Shown here piece after piece: positions 20,653-29,957 of a stretch of DNA of 64,000 nt (position 1 is its first letter; each line of letters starts with the position of its first letter). The notes beneath the pieces were generated by a model. The model saw only the letters and a list, made by a program, of their open reading frames with translations, did no database searches and was not told the origin of the DNA. The position numbers and the translations under genes were made by a program. The DNA is taken from positions 640,001-704,000 of the forward strand of contig CAXXVZ010000005.1 of NCBI GenBank assembly GCA_963678065.2, given 5' to 3'. Source of the stretch: Treponemataceae bacterium (GTDB lineage Bacteria > Spirochaetota > Spirochaetia > Treponematales > Rectinemataceae).

Positions 20653-21057
20653 ATGTTCATGATGGTTGCGGGTTGCGGGAAACTCGGCGCGGGCCTCGCG
20701 CGTGTCCTTTCCGCCCAGGGCCACGATGTCGTCGTTGTCGCCGAAGAAATCGATCCCAAACGGCTCGGAGGAGAGTTCGACGGAGTGACCGTCGCCGGAA
20801 GCCCGATAGATGAAGACGTTCTCGAGTCGGCCGGGGTGAAAAAAGCCGACATGTTCGTCGCGGCCACCGCAGATGACGCCGTGAACGCGATGGCGGTCCA
20901 GATGGCCAGGGAACTATTCCACGTTCCCGTGACCCTCGCGCGCATCACCGATCCGGGTATGGAAGCATTTTACAGAGAGCTCGGGCTCGACACGGTGTGC
21001 CCGACCTCGACTTCCATAGCCCAGATCCTCGCGCTGATCGAGAGGAGGTCGGCATGA
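20653..21057 (+). CDS. trkA: TrkA/KtrA-family regulatory subunit (RCK-N only)
   Basis: VAGCGKLG Rossmann motif, AATADDAVN, ARITDP; ATG 20653 behind CAGGAG. Confidence 0.88.
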   Translation: MFMMVAGCGKLGAGLARVLSAQGHDVVVVAEEIDPKRLGGEFDGVTVAGSPIDEDVLESAGVKKADMFVAATADDAVNAMAVQMARELFHVPVTLARITDPGMEAFYRELGLDTVCPTSTSIAQILALIERRSA

Positions 21058-21722
21058 CCTACGTACTCATCATCGGCGGGGGGAAAATCGGCTATTACCT
21101 GGCCAGGACCCTGCAGAAATCGGGCTACCTCATAGGCATCGTGGAGGCCGACGCGGGCCGGAGCGCGCGGATCGCCGAGGACCTGGGCATCACCGTGATC
21201 AACGGCGACGGCACGGATATCGACATTCTCCACGACGCGAACGCCGAAGCGGCGAAGTACTTCGTCGCAGCGACAGGCAGGGACGAAGTGAACCTCGCCC
21301 TCTGCCAGATGGCCAAGCGGCATTTCAAAGTGCCGGTCACCGTGGCCCGGGTCATCAACCCGAAGAACGAGGGAATATTCAAGACGCTCGGCATCGACGC
21401 GACGATCAGCACGACGGCGATGGCCGCCCAGATGATCGAGAACGTCCTTCCGGCCAACGGGATGCGACTTTTCACCCTGTTCAGCGGGGGGGACGTGGAG
21501 CTCGCCGAAGTCGAGCTCCACAAAGGCGGGCCCGTGACCGGCCTGGCCGTGTCGGAACTCAGGCTTCCGGAGGAGTGCCTCCTCATTTCCATCATGCGGG
21601 AGGGAAAGATCTCCTTTCCCCGGGGCAAAACGGTCCTGCGCGAAGGAGACCGCGTCTTCGCGCTCGCACGGCGCGGTTCCGTCGATGCGCTCAAACACGT
21701 CCTCATCGGGGGCAGATCATGA
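21054..21722 (+). CDS. trkA: TrkA-family regulatory subunit (RCK-N plus RCK-C)
   Basis: IIGGGKIG, GDGTD, ATGRDEVN, ARVINPKN, C-terminal PRGKTVLREGD; ATGA overlap. Confidence 0.9.
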   Translation: MTYVLIIGGGKIGYYLARTLQKSGYLIGIVEADAGRSARIAEDLGITVINGDGTDIDILHDANAEAAKYFVAATGRDEVNLALCQMAKRHFKVPVTVARVINPKNEGIFKTLGIDATISTTAMAAQMIENVLPANGMRLFTLFSGGDVELAEVELHKGGPVTGLAVSELRLPEECLLISIMREGKISFPRGKTVLREGDRVFALARRGSVDALKHVLIGGRS

Positions 21723-21850
21723 GTCCCATTCTGCCCGACCGCACAGGCGTGGGATTGAAAACGCTCAGGGGCATCCTCGCGGAGGCGGGATTCGTGATGG
21801 CGATCATCGGGTTCAGCTATCTCATCTGTATCGCCGTCGTCGCGGTGTAA
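21719..21850 (+). CDS. 43-aa single-TM microprotein
   Basis: ATGA overlap with trkA; MSPILPDRTGVGLKTLRGILAEAGFVMAIIGFSYLICIAVVAV; stop 3 nt before trkH. Confidence 0.7.
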   Translation: MSPILPDRTGVGLKTLRGILAEAGFVMAIIGFSYLICIAVVAV

Positions 21851-21853
21851 ATC

Positions 21854-23359
21854 ATGATCGTCAAACCGGGAATCGAAGACCTCAAACTGATCTGCTCGTA
21901 CACGGGCAAGGTCGTCATCGGTGTGGGGATGCTCCTCCTCGTGCCCATCGCGACGGCAGCCGTCTGCGGCGAGTGGGCCGCAGCGGCGGATTTTGTCCTC
22001 TCCCTCGGGGCCTCGCTCTGCGTCGGCTTCCTTCTGACGCTGTTCGGAACCACATCGCGCCGGGCAACCTGGATGCACGGGATGGTCACGGCCGGCGTTT
22101 CCTGGCTCGTCGTCATGGCCGTCGCGGCCCTTCCCTACTGGCTCTCGGGCAATTACCGGAGCTACCTCGACAGCATGTTCGACGTGATGTCGGGTTTCAC
22201 GACCACGGGCCTCACCCTCATCCAGAACCTCGACCACGCCTCGAACAGCCTCAACATGTGGCGCCACCTCCTGACATTCGTGGGCGGCCAGGGCGTGATA
22301 GTCCTCGCCCTCAGCTTCCTCGTGAAGGACTCGGCCGGCGGCTACAAGCTTTATGTCGGAGAGGGCAAGGACGAACGCCTCTTCCCCAGCGTCTTCCACA
22401 CCGCGAAGGCGATCTGGAGAATCAGCCTCATATATCTCGTCGTCGGAACGACGGTCTTCTTCTTCGCCGGTCTCGCGATCGGACTTCCGGCCGGCCACGC
22501 CTTCCTCCACGGCCTGTGGATCTACATGGCAGCATGGAGCACGGGCGGCTTCGCCCCCATGTCCCAGAATGTCCTGTATTACCACTCGAGCCTCTACGAG
22601 GCTGTCACCCTCGTCTTCTTCATCATCGGCTCCTTCAACTTCGCCCTCCACCACGCAGTCTGGAGCGGCAACCGCAAGGAAGTGTTCAAGAACATAGAGA
22701 ACGTCTCCTTCGCGACCACCCTGAGCGTCCTGACCCTCCTCGCCTGCTGGGGGCTCATGAAGCTGCACGTCTACCCCGGAGCTGTCGCGCTTTTCAGAAA
22801 AGGTTTTTACCAACTGGCCTCGGCGCACACGACCACCGGCTTCATGACTCTCTACCCGCGCCAGCTCGCCCTCGAGTGGGGCGATGCGGCCCTCCTCGCG
22901 ATGATAATCGCCATGCTGATCGGCGGTGGGGCCTGTTCGACGGCCGGTGGCTTCAAGGGTCTGCGCGTCGGCATTCTCTGGAAAGCCGTCGTCCAGGAGA
23001 CGAAAAAGATGCTCAAGCCGGGCTCTGCCGTCTTTGTCCAGCGCTTCCACTACCTCGAGGACAGGACGCTCGGAGAGCAGCAGGTCAGGAGCGCCGCCCT
23101 CATAGTCCTCATGTATGTCGCCATATTCGCCATCGCGACCATGGCGGGAACGCTCTGCGGATATCCGCTTCTCGACTCGGCCTTCGAGTCCGCCTCCGTC
23201 ACGGGCAATGTCGGGTTCTCGATCGGCATCACGGCGGCCTCGATGCCCGACCCCCTCAAACTTGTCTACATATTCAACATGTGGGCGGGAAGGCTCGAAT
23301 TCATGGCCGTCCTCGCGACCTTCGGCTTCGTCGCGGCCTTTTTCAGGAAAAAACGATGA
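21854..23359 (+). CDS. trkH: TrkH/KtrB-family cation uptake membrane protein
   Basis: Pore motifs SGFTTTG, STGGF, TTTGF, GNVG; GACSTAGGFKG; WAGRLE. Confidence 0.93.
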   Translation: MIVKPGIEDLKLICSYTGKVVIGVGMLLLVPIATAAVCGEWAAAADFVLSLGASLCVGFLLTLFGTTSRRATWMHGMVTAGVSWLVVMAVAALPYWLSGNYRSYLDSMFDVMSGFTTTGLTLIQNLDHASNSLNMWRHLLTFVGGQGVIVLALSFLVKDSAGGYKLYVGEGKDERLFPSVFHTAKAIWRISLIYLVVGTTVFFFAGLAIGLPAGHAFLHGLWIYMAAWSTGGFAPMSQNVLYYHSSLYEAVTLVFFIIGSFNFALHHAVWSGNRKEVFKNIENVSFATTLSVLTLLACWGLMKLHVYPGAVALFRKGFYQLASAHTTTGFMTLYPRQLALEWGDAALLAMIIAMLIGGGACSTAGGFKGLRVGILWKAVVQETKKMLKPGSAVFVQRFHYLEDRTLGEQQVRSAALIVLMYVAIFAIATMAGTLCGYPLLDSAFESASVTGNVGFSIGITAASMPDPLKLVYIFNMWAGRLEFMAVLATFGFVAAFFRKKR

Positions 23360-23952
23360 AATACTCACTGTCTCTCCTGCTGATCATTCTTTTCGTCCCG
23401 GCTGGCCTGGCCTCTGGCCAGACAGCTAGTCTGCCTTCCGGTCCGCCAGCTGATCTTCAGACCCCGGCGGCGACGGGGCAGGCGGTCCCCCAGGCGACAC
23501 AGGCGGTCGCCGTACAGAGCGCGGATCTCGTCGAGAAAGCGAAGCTCTACGACGGAAAAGAAGTCCTTTTCGAGGGGGAAGCCATCGGCGATCCCCTGGC
23601 CCGGGGCGATCACGCCTGGGTCAATTTCCTCGGGGAGAACTACGCCATCGGTGTCTGGATGAGCGAGAAGGACAGAGCGACAATCCTCCGCTACGGGTCC
23701 TACGCCTCGGACGGCGACCGCGTCGCGATCCGGGGAACCTTCCACCGCGCCTGCCCGGAGCACGGAGGCGACATGGACATCCACGCGGACTTTGCCTCGA
23801 TCATCAGCCGCGGAAAGTCAGTCACCCACGCGAGCCCGGCCGCACGGTTGGTCATCGCTCCGCTTTTGCTTGTCCTCGCGGCTTTTCTTTACCGTCTGTG
23901 GAAAAAACGCGAATCGCTCCTGCATCAGGAAAACGGGAGGAGGCCGATATGA
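23356..23952 (+). CDS. Exported OB-fold-like protein with C-terminal TM anchor
   Basis: ATGA-coupled to trkH; signal peptide MKYSLSLLLIILF; YDGKEVLFEGEAIGD..HAWVN..GDRVAIRGTFHRACPEHGGDMDIHA; C-terminal TM. Confidence 0.8.
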   Translation: MKYSLSLLLIILFVPAGLASGQTASLPSGPPADLQTPAATGQAVPQATQAVAVQSADLVEKAKLYDGKEVLFEGEAIGDPLARGDHAWVNFLGENYAIGVWMSEKDRATILRYGSYASDGDRVAIRGTFHRACPEHGGDMDIHADFASIISRGKSVTHASPAARLVIAPLLLVLAAFLYRLWKKRESLLHQENGRRPI

Positions 23953-24143
23953 CGATAGACTCGGAAAAACTGGAGGCCCGCATCGATGAGGCAGTCCTCC
24001 AGGCGAGGCGATTTGCCAGGGAGAGCGGGAAAAACGTCGACTATGAGAATGGGCGAGCTTCCGGTCTTGAACTGGCCAAATACTATCTCGAGGATCTGGC
24101 CGACCACGAGCGCGAGATGAAGAGGGTCAGGAACGGAGTTTGA
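23949..24143 (+). CDS. 64-aa hypothetical protein
   Basis: ATGA overlap, GGGAGGAGG RBS, charged helical sequence. Confidence 0.7.
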   Translation: MTIDSEKLEARIDEAVLQARRFARESGKNVDYENGRASGLELAKYYLEDLADHEREMKRVRNGV

Positions 24144-24147
24144 GGCT

Positions 24148-24849
24148 TCACGGGGAATCGGAGTCCTGCGCAGGAGCGGGAGACAGAAGCCGGTATCCGA
24201 CTCCAGGTTCGGTCAGAAGGAGCTCGGGGTTGACGGGATCGGACTCTATTTTCTTTCGCAAGGAACTGATGTAGACGCGGAGGTTCCCCTCCTCGGCATC
24301 TCCCGAAGGTCCCCAGACTTCCCGGAGTATGCGATCCCGCGTCACGATCTTTCCCGAATTCCGGGCGAGCAGTTCCAGAATGGCATACTCCGTCGGCGTC
24401 AATCTGACGGGCGATTCGCCGATGGCGACCTCGTGCGACTCCCTGTCGATCCGGAGACGGCCGCACACGAAGACGATTTCCCTCTCGGGAGCGCGCCGCC
24501 GGTGAACAGCCTCGATCCGGGCGATCAGTTCGCCGGTATGGAAGGGTTTGGTCACAAAGTCATCGGCGCCGCGGTTCAAAAGCGCCACAATGACATCCTG
24601 GGCGTTCCGGACGGAAATCACGATCACGGGCACGGTGCTCCATTCCCTGAGCCTCAGAAGGACCTCCTCTCCCGTCATGTCCGGCAGATTGAGGTCGAGC
24701 AGCACGACATCGGGTTTGGACCCTTGAGCTGTCTGCAGCCCTTCGTACCCGTCCTCGGCAAGAAATACTTCCCAACCGCGACTCGCGAAGGTAATTTCGA
24801 GAAGTCGCCTGATCTGTGCTTCGTCGTCGATGACAAGAATGCGCATCAT
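24148..24849 (-). CDS. kdpE: KdpE-like OmpR-family response regulator
   Basis: ILVIDDE, LLDLNLPD, GADDFVTKPF, LTPTEY, LRVYISSLRKKIE..TEPGVGYR; ATGA overlap with kdpD. Confidence 0.9.
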   Translation of the reverse strand: MMRILVIDDEAQIRRLLEITFASRGWEVFLAEDGYEGLQTAQGSKPDVVLLDLNLPDMTGEEVLLRLREWSTVPVIVISVRNAQDVIVALLNRGADDFVTKPFHTGELIARIEAVHRRRAPEREIVFVCGRLRIDRESHEVAIGESPVRLTPTEYAILELLARNSGKIVTRDRILREVWGPSGDAEEGNLRVYISSLRKKIESDPVNPELLLTEPGVGYRLLSPAPAQDSDSP

Positions 24850-27515
24850 TCCTTTCCTTTTATGCAATCGGGAAAGACGACGGTGATCTCCAATCCGCCG
24901 TCCTGTGCGTTGCGGGCGGCGATCGTTCCGCCGTGCGCTTCGGCTATACCTCTGCAGATCGCGAGACCGAGGCCCAGTCCCCTGCCCGGCGCGGCGGCCC
25001 CCCTCCGGAATTTGCCAAAAAGAGAAGCCATCTGACCGTCCGGAATCCCCGGGCCATGGTCCCGGACCGTAATCACGAGGTCCTTTCCGGAAATTTCGAA
25101 ACCGAAGGCGATCTCCGTTCCGGCCGGAGAGTACTGCCCGGCGTTCCGGAGGAGATTCGCGGCAAGCTTCGTCGCCAGGGCGACATCGAGCTCGGGAGAA
25201 GCCGCGTCGTTTTCGATCATGACGCGGATCGGATGAGCTTTGATTTCCGGACCTGCCTGATCCATCGAGGCCCGGGCGATCTCCTGGATATCGGAGGGCT
25301 CGCGCTTCAATCTGAGCATGCCGGCCTCGATCCTGCTTATCGAAAGAAGGTCCTCCACGATGCGGTTGAGGCGCTCCGCCGCGCCCAGGGCCCCCGCGAG
25401 AAGATCGTGGCGCGCCGCGGGATTGCCGGCGAGCAGATCGTCTCCGAGAGCCGAAACGGAGCCGACGATTGTCGTGAGCGGAGTGCGGAGTTCGTGGGAG
25501 ACGGAATCGAGGAGAACCCGCGCCAGACGGTCGGATTCGAGCTCGCGGGCGATGCGCCGGCTTTTCGCCTCGACGGCGGCGCGGCTTATGGTGAGGGCGA
25601 GCGTATGCCCGAGGGAGAGGACCAGATCGTCGTCGCCGCGAGTCCAGGTTTTCCCTTCGGGAACGCGAACGCCTATGACCGCCGCCGTCTTGCCACCCGC
25701 AGATGCCGGAAAATAGCGCAAGGCGCAGCCGGACATGGAGCCCGTGGCTCTCCCGCAGATCGTGCCTGAGGTCCAGGCGTAAGTCGCGGCCTCGAATTCC
25801 ACCGATGAATGGGCAGATGATTCTCCGTACGGCCTCTCTCCCGGCCGGCCTGTTCCTGAATCGACATATACGACGGCTCCGGGCGCGAAATGCTTTTCCA
25901 CCATACCGGCGGCGACAGCCGCCGCCTCCGCGATTGTCGAACACTCGGCGAGTTGCTCCGCCGCGTTGAACAGGAAATCGGTCCGCCTCTCCCGCTCGGT
26001 CACCATCCGCTCGCTGGCTTTCAGCCGCGAGACAAGGGATCCCGTGACGAAGGCGACAAGAAAGTAGACGGCGAAGAGTATCCAGTCCTCAGGAGTGCCT
26101 ATGGTGAAGGTAAAAAGGGGCGGTATGAAAAGGAAGTTGAAGGTGAGGGCCGACAGGACGGCGAAGCCCGCGACGGCGGCCGGGCTCGTAAAAAAGGACA
26201 GAACCAGGACGACCGCGAGATACATGAAGGCGATCGACCTGTATCCGAAAACGGGGACCACGGCTTTCCCGACAGCCGTGACCGCGAGGAAGGCGGCGAT
26301 GAAGACGAAGTACGGCCGGGGCCAGGTCGGAAGAGATATCCGTGGCCCCGGACCGGCAGCGGAAGGGGTAGTGGCCGCGTCCTGCACGACCGTGACGTCG
26401 ATGGGACCGGCGTCGCGGACGATCCTGTCCGAAACGGTGAGACGGCCTGGTAGTGAATTCCGCGAAGAGAGGCCGGAACGACCGATCACGATCATCGAGA
26501 CATTCCTCGATCGGGCCGCCTCGAGAATCGTGGCGGCGATGTCCAGTCCCTGAATCACCTGAGTCTCGGCCCCGAGACGCCGGGCCAGGTCGAGGTTGGC
26601 CTCCAGCCGGGACAACTCGGGTGCGGAAAGTTCGGCGCCCGAATCGATGTGGACGGCCGTCCAGTCGGCCCGGAGCGCGTAGGCTGTCCGCCGCGCCCAG
26701 CGAATAAGGTGAGCGGAGCTGGGAGACGGTCCGACAGCCACCAGGATCCGTCCTCCGAGCGCAGGCCTTGGCGGCGAACCGTTCTCGGCCCGGACATAGG
26801 CGGTCAGATTGCGTTCGGCCTTCCCCGCCGCGTACCGGAGCGAAAGCTCCCGGAGAGCCCCCAGATTGCGCCTGTTGAAAAAACCTTCCACGGTCAGGTT
26901 CGGGATGCCGGGAACGAAAACCTTCCCGGCCTTCAGCCTGTCGAGGAGGTCGTCGGGATCGAGGTCGATGAGCCGCAAGTCGTCGATCCGGTCGAAAACC
27001 GAATCGGGCACCCGATCGGGGATGCCGACTCCGGTCAGATCCTCCACCACTTCCGCGAGGCTCTCCATGTGCTGGATGTTGACGGAAGTCCAGACCGGGA
27101 TGCCCCGGTCCAGCAACTCGATGACATCCTGCCATCGCTTCGCGTGCCGTGAGCCGGAACGATTGGTGTGGGCCAGATCGTCGACCACGACAATGGCCGG
27201 TTTCCGCTCCACTATGGCGTCGACATCGAGTTCGCCGGCATGGGAGAGGCCGTATCCGGACTCTCCGCGCGACAGCGTCTCCAGGCCTTCGAGCAAGGCT
27301 TCGGTCTCCGCCTGCCCGTGTGTATCGACGACAGCGACGAGGACTTCGATCCCTTGCGCCCGCAAGGCGCGCGCGTCCTGGAGCATGGCGTGGGTCTTTC
27401 CCACGCCGGCGCACATCCCGAGGAAGGCTTTAAATTGCGGACGGACAGTCGAACGCTCTTCTTCCTTTATCAATTCGACCAGCCGATCGGTATCGGAACC
27501 GGTTTTCGCATCCAT
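24846..27515 (-). CDS. kdpD: KdpD-like sensor histidine kinase
   Basis: KdpD domain (GMCAGVGKT, DDLAHTN, KRWQDV, NIQHMESL), Usp domain, 4 TM, SHELRTPL, GLGLGLAIC. Confidence 0.93.
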   Translation of the reverse strand: MDAKTGSDTDRLVELIKEEERSTVRPQFKAFLGMCAGVGKTHAMLQDARALRAQGIEVLVAVVDTHGQAETEALLEGLETLSRGESGYGLSHAGELDVDAIVERKPAIVVVDDLAHTNRSGSRHAKRWQDVIELLDRGIPVWTSVNIQHMESLAEVVEDLTGVGIPDRVPDSVFDRIDDLRLIDLDPDDLLDRLKAGKVFVPGIPNLTVEGFFNRRNLGALRELSLRYAAGKAERNLTAYVRAENGSPPRPALGGRILVAVGPSPSSAHLIRWARRTAYALRADWTAVHIDSGAELSAPELSRLEANLDLARRLGAETQVIQGLDIAATILEAARSRNVSMIVIGRSGLSSRNSLPGRLTVSDRIVRDAGPIDVTVVQDAATTPSAAGPGPRISLPTWPRPYFVFIAAFLAVTAVGKAVVPVFGYRSIAFMYLAVVLVLSFFTSPAAVAGFAVLSALTFNFLFIPPLFTFTIGTPEDWILFAVYFLVAFVTGSLVSRLKASERMVTERERRTDFLFNAAEQLAECSTIAEAAAVAAGMVEKHFAPGAVVYVDSGTGRPGERPYGESSAHSSVEFEAATYAWTSGTICGRATGSMSGCALRYFPASAGGKTAAVIGVRVPEGKTWTRGDDDLVLSLGHTLALTISRAAVEAKSRRIARELESDRLARVLLDSVSHELRTPLTTIVGSVSALGDDLLAGNPAARHDLLAGALGAAERLNRIVEDLLSISRIEAGMLRLKREPSDIQEIARASMDQAGPEIKAHPIRVMIENDAASPELDVALATKLAANLLRNAGQYSPAGTEIAFGFEISGKDLVITVRDHGPGIPDGQMASLFGKFRRGAAAPGRGLGLGLAICRGIAEAHGGTIAARNAQDGGLEITVVFPDCIKGKE

Positions 27516-27634
27516 CGTACACTCCCTCTGCCAGGACCCGGGATTTCATTGTACCGCGCTGGCCTTTTTTAGCACAGCTCTTCGCCGCCCAGGGCGTTAT
27601 TGACAGGATAGCGCGTCAGTACGGAAATCAGATT

Positions 27635-28012
27635 ATGAGCGCATGGACGCGGACCCTGAAATTCATCGCGACCGGAACGATTTCCCTCCTTCTTACCTCA
27701 TGCTACGGGACCATACAGGCCATGTATGGGGTGCCGTTCCGCCTGCGCGAAGCCACGATCCGCGCGAGGACGGGGGACAATCGCCCGATTCCGGGGCTCT
27801 CTGTCGTGATTCACGGAGACCATTTCCTGGAATCGGGCAAGACCGACGCTTCAGGCGAGGCGGTCCTCACAGCAGACCCCGACGTCGATCTTTCGTTGCT
27901 CATACGGGATATCGACGGCGCGGCCAACCTCGGCGAGTTCGCCGACCAGGAAGAGCCCGTTCCCAAAATCGGTGGCGATATCGAGATGAACGTGACAATG
28001 ATTTCCAAGTGA
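27635..28012 (+). CDS. Radical-SAM-associated putative lipoprotein (TIGR04134-like)
   Basis: Lipobox LLTSC then YG..AMYGVP; TDASG and DIDGAANLGEF segments; GTGA-coupled to an rSAM gene. Confidence 0.78.
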   Translation: MSAWTRTLKFIATGTISLLLTSCYGTIQAMYGVPFRLREATIRARTGDNRPIPGLSVVIHGDHFLESGKTDASGEAVLTADPDVDLSLLIRDIDGAANLGEFADQEEPVPKIGGDIEMNVTMISK

Positions 28013-29088
28013 ATCTGTTCCCCGTTTCCTTCAGGCAGAAGGCCTATGACCGTCACAGGGAAATCGAGACGGATCGGCATATCCTCCTCTACCTCTTCTT
28101 CGAACTCACGCGGCGATGCAATCTCCGCTGCCGGCACTGCGGTTCGGACTGTTCGAGCGAAACGGCGCGTGGAGAACTCGACACGGCGAGCTGGCTCAAA
28201 ATCGTCGATTACCTCGCGAAGAATGCTTCGCCGAAACCCGCGATCGTGCTGACTGGAGGCGAACCGCTCGTCCATCCCGGATTTTTCGACATCGAGCTCG
28301 CCCTGCGCGACACAGGGTTCACGTGGGGCATGGTCACGAACGGATTCTCCCTCAACGAGGACAGACTCGCGCGCATCACCGAGGCGGGCATCTCGAGCAT
28401 CACGGTCTCCTATGACGGTACAGAGGAAGCCCACAGCTGGCTGCGCAATCACCCCCATGCCCATGAAAGAGCGATCGCGGCCATGAGGCTCATCGGAAAA
28501 TCATCGATCCCGACGCGTGACGCGGTCACCTGCGTCTTCCCCGCCAATCTGGACCGCCTCGACGAAACGGCCGAGCGCCTGGCTGGACTCGGCATGAACA
28601 GCTGGCGACTCTTCCGCATCTTCCCGAAGGGGCGCGCAGCGGAGGAACCGGAGCTCTCGCTGTCGCGAGGACAGAGTCTCGAACTCGTCGATTGGATAGC
28701 GGGAGCACGGACACGCTGGGCTCCGAAGGGATTCGACATTTCCTTCAGCTGCGAAGGCTATCTACCCTTCGCCATCGACCGGAAAGTCAGGGCCGAACCC
28801 TTTTTCTGCCGCTCGGGCATCAGTATAGCCTCCATTCTCTGCGATGGAATCGTATCGGGCTGCAACAACAACGGCCCCGAGTATGCCCAGGGCAACCTCC
28901 TCGAACGGGACTTCTTCGACATATGGGAGCGGGGCTTTGCAGAATATCGCGGCCGCGAATGGATGCGAACCGGCATTTGCGCGGACTGCGACGAGTGGAA
29001 GCACTGCCGCGGCGGATCCATTCATTTGCGGAGGAAAAACCTTCCGGGCCCCGGCTTCTGCTATATCAAGGACTGCCCTTCGGGCTAG
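28009..29088 (+). CDS. Radical SAM/SPASM enzyme (TIGR04133-like, rSAM/lipoprotein system)
   Basis: ELTRRCNLRCRHCGSDC, TGGEPL, WGMVTNG, WRLFRIFPKGRA, FFCRSG, SPASM cysteines CADC..CRGG..C. Confidence 0.88.
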   Translation: MNLFPVSFRQKAYDRHREIETDRHILLYLFFELTRRCNLRCRHCGSDCSSETARGELDTASWLKIVDYLAKNASPKPAIVLTGGEPLVHPGFFDIELALRDTGFTWGMVTNGFSLNEDRLARITEAGISSITVSYDGTEEAHSWLRNHPHAHERAIAAMRLIGKSSIPTRDAVTCVFPANLDRLDETAERLAGLGMNSWRLFRIFPKGRAAEEPELSLSRGQSLELVDWIAGARTRWAPKGFDISFSCEGYLPFAIDRKVRAEPFFCRSGISIASILCDGIVSGCNNNGPEYAQGNLLERDFFDIWERGFAEYRGREWMRTGICADCDEWKHCRGGSIHLRRKNLPGPGFCYIKDCPSG

Positions 29089-29141
29089 AATCTCCGCAGG
29101 TCCGGCAGGACACAAACCTCCCGCACTGAAGGCGGCTCGAC

Positions 29142-29957
29142 ATGGCATTCGGCATTCCACCGAGAAAACCGGAAAAACACATGCCCTTCTACAAGATGCT
29201 CGACATCTTCGACGAGGAGGGGTGCCCCGTCTGCAATCTCGTGAACCGCGCGGTGGAAGGCTACTTTGCCGATCTCCTCTACGAAAACGTGAATGACAGG
29301 ACGCTCAGGGCGCGCTTCGCGCGCGACGTCGGACTGTGCAACCGACACGTCCACCAGCTCGGCGGGTACAATGACGGGCTCGCCATCGGGATTCTCTACA
29401 GAGACATCATCGCGAAGACAATCCGCGCGCTCGGCGGCCCCGACGGCGGCGCGGCTTCGGACATGGTCACGGAGCTGCCGCTCCACCGGGGGCACTGCCT
29501 TGTCTGCGACTACGAGCGGGATACCGAATCCCGCATGATCGGCATCATCGCCGATTTCGCCTGCGATGATGAGTTCCGCGCGCGGTTTCTCCGATCGCGG
29601 GGCCTCTGCATTCCCCATCTCGCGCGCATCGCTTCCGCTCTGCCAGGAAAGACTCTCCCCGCATGGCTGGCCGATTTCCACCGGGAAAAATACGCGACTC
29701 TCCTCTCCGACCTCGACGTCTACCTCGAATCGTGCAACTTCACGCGGGACAGGAGCAGGCCGCAGCCGGACAGCGCTCAGAGCCGCGTCTGGAAGAAAAT
29801 TCCGGACCGCGTCGCGGGGTATGCGGGGCTGCCGAGGTACACCGACGCGAGAGTGAAAAAGGGGATCGCCCACGCGCTGTTCGGGACGAAGCGTGGAACA
29901 GGACTAAGCGGCAACTCCGGGGGCTCCGATTCCGGAGACAAGGATGGACAGCGATGA
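29142..29957 (+). CDS. DUF6062-like Cys/His-rich protein
   Basis: CPVC, GLCNRH, CLVC and GLCIPH in two internal repeats. Confidence 0.72.
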   Translation: MAFGIPPRKPEKHMPFYKMLDIFDEEGCPVCNLVNRAVEGYFADLLYENVNDRTLRARFARDVGLCNRHVHQLGGYNDGLAIGILYRDIIAKTIRALGGPDGGAASDMVTELPLHRGHCLVCDYERDTESRMIGIIADFACDDEFRARFLRSRGLCIPHLARIASALPGKTLPAWLADFHREKYATLLSDLDVYLESCNFTRDRSRPQPDSAQSRVWKKIPDRVAGYAGLPRYTDARVKKGIAHALFGTKRGTGLSGNSGGSDSGDKDGQR

